Assembly: GCA_025458025.1 (NCBI GenBank)
Contig: JALOTF010000003.1
Location: 12,161 to 76,160, forward strand
DNA length: 64,000 nt
Direction of reading: 5' to 3'
Source of the DNA: Beijerinckiaceae bacterium
GTDB taxonomy: Bacteria > Pseudomonadota > Alphaproteobacteria > Rhizobiales > Beijerinckiaceae
This document shows positions 9,357-19,906 of this stretch, one piece after another. A model generated the notes under the pieces. That model was not told the origin of the DNA, made no database searches, and worked only from the letters and a program-made list of their open reading frames with translations. The first letter of the stretch is position 1. Every line of letters starts with the position of its first letter. The position numbers were made by a program, and so were the translations under genes.

Positions 9357-11969
9357 ATGCGCCCCGATCAATCGCCCGTCATCCGCCTCTCGGAATATCG
9401 CCCGCCCGATTTCCTGATCGACCATGTGGCGCTGGATTTCCGGCTGCATCCCTCCGAGACGGTGGTGCATGCGGTGCTGACGATGCGCCGCAACCCCAAG
9501 GGCCGTGCGGGCGCGCCCCTGGTACTAGACGGTGAGGACCTGACGCTGCTGAAACTGGCGCTGGACGGCAACGCTCTTGCCGCTTCCGCTTATGAGGTGA
9601 GCCCGGACAAACTGCTCATTCCCGATGTGCCGGATGCCTTCACGCTGACGCTGACGACGCAGATCAACCCCGCTGCGAACACGCGCCTGATGGGGCTTTA
9701 TCGTTCGAATGGCGTCTATTGCACGCAATGCGAGGCGGATGCCTTCCGCCGCATCACCTATTTCCTCGACCGCCCGGATGTGATGTCCACCTATGCTGTG
9801 CGGATCGAGGCGGAAAAGGCCGAGGCGCCGCTGCTCCTTTCCAACGGCAACCCCGTGGGCGGGGGCGACATTGCCGGCACCACGCGCCATTTCGCGCTTT
9901 GGGAAGATCCGCACCGGAAACCCGCCTATCTCTTCGCGCTGGTCGCGGGTGATCTCGACTGGGTGACCAGCTATCACACCACGCCTTCGGGCCGGCGCGT
10001 GACGCTGAATGTCTATGTCGAGAAGGGCAAGGGCGACCGCGCGGATTACGCGATGGATAGCCTCATCCGCTCGATGAAATGGGACGAGGAGAAGTTCGGC
10101 CGCGAATACGACCTCGATCTCTTCAACATCGTCGCCGTGTCCGATTTCAACATGGGCGCGATGGAGAACAAGGGCCTGAACATCTTCAATGATCGCTACA
10201 TTCTCGCAACGCCCGAGACCGCGACCGATCAAGACTACCACAACATCGAAGCCATTGTGGCGCATGAATATTTCCACAACTGGACGGGCAATCGCATCAC
10301 CTGCCGCGACTGGTTCCAGCTTTGCCTGAAGGAAGGGCTGACCGTCTTCCGCGATCAGGAATTCTCCTCCGACGAGCGCTCCCGGCCCGTGGAGCGCATC
10401 GCCAATGTGCAGACGCTGCGCGCGGCGCAGTTTGTGGAGGATGCTGGTCCGCTGGCGCACCCCGTGCGGCCGCAACAATACAAGGAAATCAACAACTTCT
10501 ACACGGCGACCGTCTACAACAAGGGCTCGGAGGTCATCCAGATGCTCCGGCTCCTGATCGGGCCGGCGAAATTCCGCGAGGGCATGGATCTCTATTTCGA
10601 GAGGCATGATGGCGAGGCCTGCACGGTGGAGCAATTCATCCAGTGCTTCGCAGATGTCTCGGGGCACGATTTCACGCAGTTCATGCGCTGGTATGATCAG
10701 GCCGGCACGCCTTTGGTGACCGTGCGCGATGAATATGACGCGGCTTCCGGTCGCTACACGCTGCATTTCCAGCAGACCACAAAGCCCACGCCGGGCCAGC
10801 CGGAAAAGCATCCGCAGGTGATCCCTGTGAAGCTTGGCCTGCTCGATGGCGAGGGCAAGAGCCTCGTTTCAGATGACCTCTTCGTGCTCGACGGCGCGGA
10901 AGGCCAGAAGACCTTCGAGAACATGCCGGTGCGCCCCATCCCCTCGCTGTTCCGGGGCTTTTCCGCGCCGGTGCGTGTCGAGATCAACCGCAAGCCGGGT
11001 GATTTGCTGGTGCTCGCCGGGCATGATCCCGACCCGTTCAACCGCTGGCAGGCCTTGCAGGATGTCGAGATCGACCTTCTGAAGCGCTCCGTCGCGGGCA
11101 TCCGCAACGGTGAGGCACCGCTGGCCGATGCCACATTGGCGGCGGCGGTGGAGCGGCTCATCCGGAATTCGGATTCCGACCCCGCCTTCGCCGCCCTCGC
11201 CATCGCGCTGCCGCGCGAAACGGAGATGGCGCGCGAGATTGGTCAGGATGTCGATCCGGATGCGATTGGCGCGGCTGTGACGGCGCTCTGGAAGTCTATC
11301 GGCCAGAGTGTCAGCGGCCTCGCCCGCGCCCGCTACGACGCGCTATCGAAATCCGTGCCGTTCAGCCCCGATGCGGCGAGCGCGGGCAAGCGCGCGCTGG
11401 CCTTGCGCCTGCTGAACTACCTCATCGCAGCCAACCCGGCGGAGGGCGCAGGACTCGCGCTTCAGCAATTCGAGCGCGCGAACAATATGAGCGACCGCGC
11501 TAATGCCCTCTGGGCGCTGGTGACGGCGGATCGCCCTGAACGGGATCAAGCCTTCGCGGCGGCCGAGATGCGCTTCCGCGACGATCCGCTGCTGCTGGAC
11601 CTGTGGTTCACGCTGAATGCCAGCATTCCCGGTGAAAAGGGACGCGAGCGTGTGGAAGCGCTGCTCAACCACCCGAAATTCACGCTGGGCAACCCGAACC
11701 GCGTGCGGGCCTTGGTGGGTGCCTTCGCCAATGGGAACCCCCGCGGGTTCCATGCGGCGCATGGCGCAGGCTATCGGCTGGTCGCGGGCGTAATTGGCCA
11801 GGTCGATGGCAAGAATCCGCAGCTTGCAGCGCGTCTCGCCACCGCTTTCCGGAGCTGGAAGGCGCTGGAACCCGGCCGCCGGGCCGAAGCCGAATCAGCC
11901 CTGCGGAGTCTCGTGGCACCGAACCGCTCGCGGGATTTGTCGGACATTCTCGAACGGACAATGGCGTGA
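9357..11969 (+). CDS. pepN: Aminopeptidase N (M1)
   Basis: GAMENKGLN exopeptidase motif and HEYFHNWTGNR zinc motif; C-terminal NPQLAARL. Confidence 0.97.
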   Translation: MRPDQSPVIRLSEYRPPDFLIDHVALDFRLHPSETVVHAVLTMRRNPKGRAGAPLVLDGEDLTLLKLALDGNALAASAYEVSPDKLLIPDVPDAFTLTLTTQINPAANTRLMGLYRSNGVYCTQCEADAFRRITYFLDRPDVMSTYAVRIEAEKAEAPLLLSNGNPVGGGDIAGTTRHFALWEDPHRKPAYLFALVAGDLDWVTSYHTTPSGRRVTLNVYVEKGKGDRADYAMDSLIRSMKWDEEKFGREYDLDLFNIVAVSDFNMGAMENKGLNIFNDRYILATPETATDQDYHNIEAIVAHEYFHNWTGNRITCRDWFQLCLKEGLTVFRDQEFSSDERSRPVERIANVQTLRAAQFVEDAGPLAHPVRPQQYKEINNFYTATVYNKGSEVIQMLRLLIGPAKFREGMDLYFERHDGEACTVEQFIQCFADVSGHDFTQFMRWYDQAGTPLVTVRDEYDAASGRYTLHFQQTTKPTPGQPEKHPQVIPVKLGLLDGEGKSLVSDDLFVLDGAEGQKTFENMPVRPIPSLFRGFSAPVRVEINRKPGDLLVLAGHDPDPFNRWQALQDVEIDLLKRSVAGIRNGEAPLADATLAAAVERLIRNSDSDPAFAALAIALPRETEMAREIGQDVDPDAIGAAVTALWKSIGQSVSGLARARYDALSKSVPFSPDAASAGKRALALRLLNYLIAANPAEGAGLALQQFERANNMSDRANALWALVTADRPERDQAFAAAEMRFRDDPLLLDLWFTLNASIPGEKGRERVEALLNHPKFTLGNPNRVRALVGAFANGNPRGFHAAHGAGYRLVAGVIGQVDGKNPQLAARLATAFRSWKALEPGRRAEAESALRSLVAPNRSRDLSDILERTMA

Positions 11970-11979
11970 GGCGCGTGAA

Positions 11980-12004
11980 GCCCGGTCGACAACGCCGACC
12001 GGGC
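11980..12004 (+). terminator. Hairpin after pepN
   Basis: 9-bp stem GCCCGGTCG / CGACCGGGC, no clear U-tract. Confidence 0.4.
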
Positions 12005-12020
12005 TCCTCCGACCCCGAAT

Positions 12021-12036
12021 GTTAAAAAAAATTTAA
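12021..12036 (-). promoter_or_regulatory. CtrA-binding site (TTAA-N7-TTAAC)
   Basis: Plus strand GTTAAAAAAAATTTAA reads TTAA-ATTTTTT-TTAAC on the minus strand, an exact consensus match, in the pepN-pleC intergenic region. Confidence 0.75.
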
Positions 12037-12304
12037 TGCAACTCTTGCGCGAATTTGCCGCAGTCCCGCCCCTGATTTTACGCCCCCAACCCGAACGAAA
12101 AAAGAACGGAAAGAGTCCGCAAAGAATCCGTGTCAACGCGCCCATACACAACTTTTGGGTGCAGTGTTTCAGCGGCCTTCCATATGCCTCCTGAAGGGCT
12201 CCAGGGCGGTCTGGACAAGGGGGGGCAACGTCGATTCAACTACGGGTGATTCGGGGCGATGCGGCACATTCCCCGGGCTCAAGAAGACATTCGAGGGGGC
12301 GGGA

Positions 12305-14626
12305 ATGGTGCGGGATTTCGCGGCCAGCTGGGGCTTATTGCGCCCATTTTCCAGAAAATTGGAGACTGATCGATCGCTTGAGCTGCGGTCGGCCGACGGC
12401 TCCGATTTGCCGGAGGCGACTGACCCGCTGCTCGATCGGATCGTTCCCGCTCTGGTTGTGACTTTTCTCGTCATCGCCGGTTTCAGCATGCTGGCGCAAT
12501 ACACGACGAGCCGCCGCGACATGCTCGCCTCCAGCGAGCAAGCGCTCTCTGTCGCGGCGCAGATGTTCGTGTCGGAAGCTGCCGTCCGCCATCACACCGG
12601 AGCCGACGCGGCGGATGCCGTTCTGGCCGTGCCGCCGGGGGCAGACCTGCCGGGACGGGCTTTCCTGATCGCGGACAGCCAAGGCCGTGTCTATCGCTCC
12701 AGCCGGCCGGACATCACCTTCGGTCGCCCGGTCGCGAGCCTGTTCGATGGCAAGGAAGATGTGCTTTCCGCGCGTGCCCTCGGTGCCATGCGCCATGTGA
12801 CGCTGGCCGATGGCCGCCTCGCGAGCCTGATTACCCGCGAAATCCTGACAGGCCAGACGCTGATCGCCTATCAACCGGTGGAGGATGAGCTCACGAACTG
12901 GCAGCACCATGCCTCGGTGATCACGGCGCTTCTTCTGGCTTTCGGCGCCGTTACGATTGCCTTCTGCCTCGCCTTCTACAAGCAACGCTCCCGTGCGCGG
13001 GATACCGAACAGAGCGCACAACGCCTGTTCAACCGCTTCGAGGTGGCGCTGGATCGCGGCAATGTCGGCCTGTGGGATTGTCGTGTCGGTGCGAGCCATC
13101 TCTGGCTTTCCAACTCGATGTTCCGCCTGCTGGGTCTGGAGCCGCGCGAGCGCATGGTCTCCCGCTCGGGCATCGAAGCACTGATCCATCCCGATGATCT
13201 CTCCCCGCTGGAAGTTGTCGAGCGGAGCGCGGTGCAAGCCGGTGAGATCGACCACATCTTCCGCATGCAGCATGTGAATGGCGAATGGGTGTGGCTGCAT
13301 ATGCGCGCCGCACGCCTCGCCGAGGGCAGCCGCCAGCCGCATCGCCTCCTGGGCGTGGTAATGGACGTGACCGCAGAGCGTGAGGCCGCGGCCGAGAGCG
13401 AGCGAGCCGAAATGCGTCTGCGTGATGCGATCGAGAGCATCTCCGAGGCTTTCGTTCTCTGGGACGAGAACAACCAGCTCGTGCTCTGCAATTCAAAATA
13501 CCGCTCCTTCCATCGCCTCTCGGACAAGGCCACGCGTCGTGGCATGCGCTACCAGAACGTCATGTCCGAAGCCCAGGAACCGCGCATCGTCATCGAGATC
13601 GATCATGATTCCGGATCGGCCAACAAATCCTGCGCCTATGAGGCCCAGTTCGAGGATGGCCGCTGGCTGCTGATCAGCGAGCGGCCCACCAGCGCCGGTG
13701 GCTATGTTTCGGTGGGCACCGACATCACCGCCCGCAAGGCGCAGGAGGATCATCTGCTCGAGAACGAACGCCAGCTGCGGATCACCATCGCCGACCTCGC
13801 CGCCTCCCGTGAGGCCCTGCGCAAGCAGGCGCAGGAGCTGGCGGAACTCGCCAATCTCTACCGCGACCAGAAGGCCGAAGTGCTGAGCGCCACGAAGCTC
13901 AAGGCCGAATTCCTCGCCAATATGAACCACGAGATCCGCACGCCGCTGAACGCCATTCTCGGCTTCGCGGAAGTGATCGAGAACGAGGTTCTCGGGCCTG
14001 TTACCTGTGCGAAATATCGCGATTATGCGGCCCATATCCGCGTCTCCGGCGGCAATCTGTTGACGATCATCGACGACATTCTGGAGATGGCGCATATCGA
14101 GGCGGGCCGCGTGACGATCGAGCGCTCCTCGAACGCCATCGGCGAAATCCTCGAGGATGCCGCGACCGCCGTGGCGCTCGATGCCGCGACCAAGCATGTG
14201 CGCCTCGAGATCGACCCCACGCTCGCCGAGCCGGCTGGCCTTGTGGCCGTGGATATCGATACCCGCGCCACCACGCAGGCCCTCATCCATCTCGCACGCA
14301 ATGCGATCCGCCTCTCGCCGATGCATGGCACCGTGACCATGCGGGCACGCCGGCAGGGCGATTACATCAATGTCTTTATCTCCGATCGGGGCTGCCATCT
14401 CTCGGAAAGCGATATCGGCACGCTCACGAAGCCCTTCGGGCATATCGACGGCATGCTGCATGATGGCTGCAAGGGCTCGGGCCTTAGCGTGGCGATCGCG
14501 CGCAGCCTCATCGAGTTGCAGGGCGGCACGCTGCGCATCCGCTCCACGCCTCAGCTCGGTGCGCTGACCATGGTGCATCTGCCGATCGTGCAGCGCCCGC
14601 GCCAGCTCGACCTGCCGATGGCCTGA
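12305..14626 (+). CDS. pleC: PAS-domain sensor histidine kinase, PleC-like
   Basis: Two TM segments, PAS regions (GLWD...; DAIESISEAFVLWD), H-box FLANMNHEIRTPLNAILGF; position between pepN and glnE matches recalled pleC synteny. Start uncertain (ORF opens at 12155). Confidence 0.75.
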   Translation: MVRDFAASWGLLRPFSRKLETDRSLELRSADGSDLPEATDPLLDRIVPALVVTFLVIAGFSMLAQYTTSRRDMLASSEQALSVAAQMFVSEAAVRHHTGADAADAVLAVPPGADLPGRAFLIADSQGRVYRSSRPDITFGRPVASLFDGKEDVLSARALGAMRHVTLADGRLASLITREILTGQTLIAYQPVEDELTNWQHHASVITALLLAFGAVTIAFCLAFYKQRSRARDTEQSAQRLFNRFEVALDRGNVGLWDCRVGASHLWLSNSMFRLLGLEPRERMVSRSGIEALIHPDDLSPLEVVERSAVQAGEIDHIFRMQHVNGEWVWLHMRAARLAEGSRQPHRLLGVVMDVTAEREAAAESERAEMRLRDAIESISEAFVLWDENNQLVLCNSKYRSFHRLSDKATRRGMRYQNVMSEAQEPRIVIEIDHDSGSANKSCAYEAQFEDGRWLLISERPTSAGGYVSVGTDITARKAQEDHLLENERQLRITIADLAASREALRKQAQELAELANLYRDQKAEVLSATKLKAEFLANMNHEIRTPLNAILGFAEVIENEVLGPVTCAKYRDYAAHIRVSGGNLLTIIDDILEMAHIEAGRVTIERSSNAIGEILEDAATAVALDAATKHVRLEIDPTLAEPAGLVAVDIDTRATTQALIHLARNAIRLSPMHGTVTMRARRQGDYINVFISDRGCHLSESDIGTLTKPFGHIDGMLHDGCKGSGLSVAIARSLIELQGGTLRIRSTPQLGALTMVHLPIVQRPRQLDLPMA

Positions 14627-17536
14627 TTATTTCACCGCGCCGATCCGCTTCACGAAAATCGCGCGCACCTCGTGCTGGAGCCGATCGAGATCCGCCGATA
14701 GCGGCGGGAAATCCGGGTAATCCAGCAAACGCGCGATCTGCCGGCGCAGGGTGAGGCTGGTCTCGACCTCCAAGAAGGCGCCGGGCAACACGAGCCGGGC
14801 CACCTGCTGGAAGCCGATCTGCAGATCCCACGCCGCGAGCAGCGTTTCGGTCTCCTCTTCGGTGAGCAACCCCGCCTCCCCCGCAGCGGCAAGCCGCGCG
14901 CGGGTGTTCCCGATCGCAAGGGCCGGGTGTTCGCTGGCATGGATGAGCGCGAAAGCCTGCGTGATGAATTCCAGATCCACCAGCCCACCGGGCCGATCCT
15001 TCACATCGAAGCGGTCGCGGCCCGGCTTTTCGGTGTGCATCAGCGCGCGCATGGCGGCGGTTTCGCGCTTCACCTTCGTGGCGTCGCGCTTCGTGCCGAC
15101 CAGCGCCTGGATGCTGCCGGAAAGCTCTGAGGCCAGCGCCGCATCGCCCGTGATGACGCGCGCGCGCGACAGCGCGAGATGCTCCCAGAGATCGCTTTCA
15201 TCCGAGCCGAAATAGGCGCGGAACGCCGTGAGCGAAGCCGCGACAGGGCCCTTCTTGCCCGAGGGGCGCAGGCGCAGATCAACCTCGTAGAGTGTGCCGG
15301 CGCGCATAGGTGCTGAGAGCGCCGCTACAAGGCGCTGCGTAAGCTTCGCGTAGTATTCGCTGGTCATCAGCGATTTCTCGCCATCCGACCAGACGTCGCC
15401 GGGGGCATCATAGACCACCACGAGATCGAGATCGGAATTGGCGGTGAGTTCGCGCGAACCGGCCTTGCCATAGCCAATGATCGCGACCTGACCGTCGGGG
15501 ATTTGCCCATGCCGTTCGGCGAATTCGCGCCGCACGCGCGTGAAAACGAGGCGCAATGTGGCCTCGGCCAGCACGGTATGCGCCTCGCCCAGCTCCCTCA
15601 CGGGAATGAGCCGCGAAAAAGCCCGCGTGCCGATGAGAAAGCGCTCTCCGCGCAGAAGATGCCGCGCGCGCTCCAGCGCCATTTCGTAATCGGTCTCGCG
15701 GTCAAGGCGCGGACCCAGACGCGTTTCCGGGTCTGCCCCGAGGTTTGAGAAATCCGGATCGACCAGCACATCGAGCACGTGCGGCGATTGCGCAACCATC
15801 TGCGACAGGCGCGGCGCGGTGCCGAGGCATTCCGCGAAAAGCTGGCGCAGGCTCGCATTGGAATTGAGGATCGTGAACAGCTCCACCGCCGCGGGCATGC
15901 GCTGGAGGGCGCCATCCAGCGCGAGGATCGCGCCATCGGGGTCCGATGCGCGACCGAAGCTTTCGAGCAGGCCGGGAACAAGCTCCGTCAGCACTTCACG
16001 GGCTCGCGGCGTGGTGACCGCCGGGCGGCGGCCGAAATGCCAGCCGCGCACGGTTTCCGCCACCATTTCCGGCTGCTTGAAGCCGAGGCGCTTCAGCGTT
16101 TCGCGCGTCTCGGGATCGGTATCGACGCCGGTGAAGACCAGACTGCCGGCCCCAGACGCCAAAGCCGGGCCACCTTCGAACAGGCGGGCGTAATGGTGCT
16201 CCACCTTCTTCAGGGCGCGCGTCAGGTGCTTGTCGAATTGCGCGCGCGTCATCCCGCAAAAGCGGGCGAAACAGCCAAGATCCTCATCGGATTTCGGCAG
16301 TTTCTGCGTCTGCTCATCGTTGATCATCTGCACGCGGTGTTCCAGCGTGCGCAGAATTCCATAGGCCTCGGTCAGGTCTTTCGCGGCCTCGGGCGTAATC
16401 CAGGTCTCGCGGCAGAGCGCATCGAGCATGTCGAGCGTGCGCGAGCCGCGCAAGGAAGGACGCCGCCCGCCATAAACCAGCTGCTGGGTCTGCACGAAGA
16501 ACTCGATCTCGCGGATGCCGCCGCGCCCGAGTTTGAGATCATGCCCGGAAATCGCGATCTGGTCATGGCCCTTCACGGCATAGATCTGCCGTTTCATGGC
16601 GTGGATATCAGCGATCGCTCCGTAATCGAAGTATTTCCGCCAGATGAAGGGCTGCAATTCGTGGAGATAGGCCGTGCCGGCGGCCTCGTCGCCCGCCACG
16701 ACGCGAGCTTTGATCATCGCCGCGCGTTCCCAGTTCTGGCCCACCGTTTCGTAATAGGCGAGCGCGGCGTTGACCGGCATGGCGATGGGCGTGGTGCCGG
16801 GATCGGGCCGGAGACGCAGATCGACGCGCAGCACATAGCCATCCGCCGTGCGCTGGGAGAGGATGTTCGCCATCGCCTTGATGATCGCGACGCAGCGATC
16901 GAGGTGATCGGCACGATCACGCAAGGCCGGCGCCTCGGGATCGTAGAAGCACCCGAGATCGATGTCGGAGGAATAGTTAAGTTCGCGCCCGCCATGCTTG
17001 CCGAGGGCCAGCACGAAGAGGCCGAGGCCTTCGAAAGGCTTCGCGCGATCGGGAATCGCAAGGTCGCTGCCATGCTGGGCAATCGCGATCTGCAGGGCTG
17101 CGCGCGTTGCCTCATCAGCGAGGTCAGACAGCGCGCGAGTGACAGCAATGATATCGAAGACGCCGCCGAGATCAGCCATAGCCACAAGAAGCGCGTGGCG
17201 GTTGCGGGCTTGGCGTAGCGCCTTCATGCCGGCCTGAAGATCGCCCGCGCGGCCGGCAGCACGCATGCTCTCGAAGATGGCCTCAAGGCCAGATTCCGGT
17301 GACGCAGCCAGCAATTCGGCGGCACCCGCCGGGTCTCGCCGCACGAGCCGCCAGAGGAAGGGCGAGCCTTCCGCGATGCCGGCCAGCATCGCCTTGCCTG
17401 CCTCATGCCCCTCCAGCAGGTCAGCGAGCGGCTGCGCCTCCTCCTCGGCCAGCACATCCGCGAGACGGGATGCGCCGGGCTTTCCGGATTTCGGAGCGGA
17501 AACGAGGCGGGAGAGAAGCGAGGCGGGTGTGTTCAT
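14627..17536 (-). CDS. glnE: Glutamine synthetase adenylyltransferase/adenylyl-removing enzyme
   Basis: Two nucleotidyltransferase domains: LGKHGGRELNYSSDIDL and YGKAGSRELTANSDLDL; VDLRLRP occurs twice. Confidence 0.96.
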   Translation of the reverse strand: MNTPASLLSRLVSAPKSGKPGASRLADVLAEEEAQPLADLLEGHEAGKAMLAGIAEGSPFLWRLVRRDPAGAAELLAASPESGLEAIFESMRAAGRAGDLQAGMKALRQARNRHALLVAMADLGGVFDIIAVTRALSDLADEATRAALQIAIAQHGSDLAIPDRAKPFEGLGLFVLALGKHGGRELNYSSDIDLGCFYDPEAPALRDRADHLDRCVAIIKAMANILSQRTADGYVLRVDLRLRPDPGTTPIAMPVNAALAYYETVGQNWERAAMIKARVVAGDEAAGTAYLHELQPFIWRKYFDYGAIADIHAMKRQIYAVKGHDQIAISGHDLKLGRGGIREIEFFVQTQQLVYGGRRPSLRGSRTLDMLDALCRETWITPEAAKDLTEAYGILRTLEHRVQMINDEQTQKLPKSDEDLGCFARFCGMTRAQFDKHLTRALKKVEHHYARLFEGGPALASGAGSLVFTGVDTDPETRETLKRLGFKQPEMVAETVRGWHFGRRPAVTTPRAREVLTELVPGLLESFGRASDPDGAILALDGALQRMPAAVELFTILNSNASLRQLFAECLGTAPRLSQMVAQSPHVLDVLVDPDFSNLGADPETRLGPRLDRETDYEMALERARHLLRGERFLIGTRAFSRLIPVRELGEAHTVLAEATLRLVFTRVRREFAERHGQIPDGQVAIIGYGKAGSRELTANSDLDLVVVYDAPGDVWSDGEKSLMTSEYYAKLTQRLVAALSAPMRAGTLYEVDLRLRPSGKKGPVAASLTAFRAYFGSDESDLWEHLALSRARVITGDAALASELSGSIQALVGTKRDATKVKRETAAMRALMHTEKPGRDRFDVKDRPGGLVDLEFITQAFALIHASEHPALAIGNTRARLAAAGEAGLLTEEETETLLAAWDLQIGFQQVARLVLPGAFLEVETSLTLRRQIARLLDYPDFPPLSADLDRLQHEVRAIFVKRIGAVK

Positions 17537-19014
17537 GCCTCTTTTTCGGGCAGGGCAAGCCCTTGCGCAAGGCTTCTTCCGGCAGAACCCACTGCTTCCG
17601 GCAGCACCAGCACCGCGCGCAGGCCGGGCGCATTGTCTTCGAGACGCAATTCGCCGCCATGCAGGCGCGCCACCGCCGCGACGAGCGAAAGCCCGAGGCC
17701 GAGGCCGGGTTTCGCGCGGCTGGCATCGAGCCGCACAAAGCGTTCGACAACGGCAGCGCGCTTATCCTCCGGGATGCCCTCGCCTCGATCGGCCACCGCG
17801 ATGCGGATCTGCCCACCGGATTTCTCTGCCGTGACGATGAGCGACCCACCCCCGCCTTCCGGCTTCACGCCGTATTTCAGCGCGTTATCGAAGAGGTTCG
17901 ACAAGGCCTGCCCGATCAGTTCTCGATTGGCGTTGGCCAAGAGGTCGGTGCCGATCCTCGTTTCGAAGGTGAGGCCCGCTTCTTCCGCCAGCGGCTCATA
18001 GAGTTCCGCCAGGCTTGAGACGATTTCTTCCAACTTCTGGGGTTTCAGGGAGGTGGCGAGATTGCCGCTCTCGGCGCGCGCGATCATCTGCAGGGCGTCG
18101 AAGATGCGCAGCAGGTTATCGCTTTCCTCGATGGCGCGTTCGAGCGCGGCGCGGGCATCCTCCAGCGTCTCGGCCTTGCGCAGCGCATCCTCCGCGCCGT
18201 TGCGCAGACGCGTGAGCGGCGTGCGGAGGTCATGCGCCACATTGTCCGAGAGGTCACGCAGGCCGGTCATCAACTCACCAATGCGGTCGAGCATGGCATT
18301 GAGATGCAAAGCGAGGCGATCGAACTCGTCGTTCGTGTTGGTCACCGGCAGGCGTTCGGAGAGGTTGCCGGCCATGATCGCGGCAGAGGTTGTGGCGACA
18401 CCCTCCACGCGCTTCAGCACGCGTTTCGTCACGAACCATGCGCCAAATCCGCCCATCAGCAGCACGAGCAGCAGCGAGATGCCACGCGCCCGGCGGATGG
18501 TGATCTGCAGCCGGTCCTGTTCCTCCAAGTCGCGCCCGACGAAGAGCCGCAGGCCAGAGGGCAGGATGAAGGTGCGCACCTTGGCGCGGCGAGCGATATC
18601 ATCGGCCTCGTCAGGCCAGTTGTAACGCATCTCGCTCCAGCCGGGACTGACACTCTGCACCGGCACGCGGAGGATGGCGTTGCCGGTCATGGCATCGCCG
18701 CGCGAATCGATCAGCAGGTAGAGGAAGGAGCCGCTCTGCCGCCCGCGCCGCTCGATGACCGCGACAAGGCGGCGCAGACCACCCTGGCGGTATTGCTCGG
18801 CAAGCGCGTTGATCTCGGTCTCGATCGTCTCGGTGATCTGCGCATCAAGCAGGCGGCGCGTATTCCAGGCAATGTAGCCAAGGATGATGCCGGAGAAGAG
18901 CGCAAAAATCAGAAGATAGAAGGCGGAGAGCTTGAAGGCCGTGGTGCGCGCCATGCGACCGAGCCCGGCGAGCCAGCCGCGTTCCTGCGTCGAGGGGGGA
19001 GAGCCCGGGGCCAT
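17533..19014 (-). CDS. HAMP-domain sensor histidine kinase
   Basis: H-box NVAHDLRTPL, N-box NLFDNALKY, DRGEGI and GLGLGLS. Confidence 0.92.
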   Translation of the reverse strand: MAPGSPPSTQERGWLAGLGRMARTTAFKLSAFYLLIFALFSGIILGYIAWNTRRLLDAQITETIETEINALAEQYRQGGLRRLVAVIERRGRQSGSFLYLLIDSRGDAMTGNAILRVPVQSVSPGWSEMRYNWPDEADDIARRAKVRTFILPSGLRLFVGRDLEEQDRLQITIRRARGISLLLVLLMGGFGAWFVTKRVLKRVEGVATTSAAIMAGNLSERLPVTNTNDEFDRLALHLNAMLDRIGELMTGLRDLSDNVAHDLRTPLTRLRNGAEDALRKAETLEDARAALERAIEESDNLLRIFDALQMIARAESGNLATSLKPQKLEEIVSSLAELYEPLAEEAGLTFETRIGTDLLANANRELIGQALSNLFDNALKYGVKPEGGGGSLIVTAEKSGGQIRIAVADRGEGIPEDKRAAVVERFVRLDASRAKPGLGLGLSLVAAVARLHGGELRLEDNAPGLRAVLVLPEAVGSAGRSLAQGLALPEKEA

Positions 19015-19017
19015 GCC

Positions 19018-19698
19018 TCAGCGGCCGGGATCGCGGATCATGTAGCCCGCTCCGCGAATGGTGTGCAGGAGCGTCGCATGCCCCTTGCGCTCGATTTTGC
19101 TGCGCAGGCGCGAAACGTGGACATCAATGACGTTGGTCTGCGGGTCGAAATGGTAATCCCACACATTTTCGAGCAGCATGGTGCGCGTCACCACCTGTCC
19201 CGCATGGCGCATGAGATATTCGAGCAGGCGGAATTCGCGCGGCTGGAGCGGAATATCCTCGCCCGCACGGCTCACGCGATGCGCGAGGCGGTCGAGTTCA
19301 AGATCGCCGACCTTATAAGTTAGCTGTGCGCTTTGCGGGTTCTGGCGGCGCGCGAGCGCTTCCACGCGTGCGAGGCACTCCGTGAAGGCATAGGGCTTGG
19401 TGAGGTAATCGTCGCCGCCGGCGCGCAGGCCGAGCACGCGGTCATCCACCTGCCCCAGCGCGGAAAGAATGAGCACGGGCGTCGTGCGCTTTTCCGCGCG
19501 GAGGGCCATGATCAGCGAGAGGCCATCGCGCTTCGGGAGCATGCGATCGACGACAAGAACATCATAGCTTCCCGCCATCGCCATTTCGAGCCCCACTTCG
19601 CCGTCAGCGGCGAGGTCGGCAACGTGCCCCGCCTCGTTCAGGGCGCGTGCGAGGTAGCGACCGGCTTCGGGATCATCTTCGACTACGAGGATTTTCAT
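19018..19698 (-). CDS. OmpR-family response regulator
   Basis: VVEDD, receiver Asp in VVDRMLP, DDYLTKP and winged-helix NVIDVHVSRLR. Confidence 0.95.
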   Translation of the reverse strand: MKILVVEDDPEAGRYLARALNEAGHVADLAADGEVGLEMAMAGSYDVLVVDRMLPKRDGLSLIMALRAEKRTTPVLILSALGQVDDRVLGLRAGGDDYLTKPYAFTECLARVEALARRQNPQSAQLTYKVGDLELDRLAHRVSRAGEDIPLQPREFRLLEYLMRHAGQVVTRTMLLENVWDYHFDPQTNVIDVHVSRLRSKIERKGHATLLHTIRGAGYMIRDPGR

Positions 19699-19906
19699 GC
19701 GGGAATGGCTCGTTCAGGTGCCCCGACACAACGCCACGCGCGAGCCAGCGCCGTCAAGGCGAAGGGGAGTTCGGTCCTGCGTCCGGCTGTGGAGCGGGGG
19801 GCGACGGAGGGTGCTTTGGCCAGCCACAGGACCTTGGAGCCGATAATGCCTGCAAGCATCTCGCTCGAAGCTTTCGGACGGATGACAATTCCGTAAGGTA
19901 GGGAGA

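Noticed and set aside
19699-19906. Possible degP pseudogene remnant
   Set aside because: The translated frames show no recognisable PDZ or protease residues.
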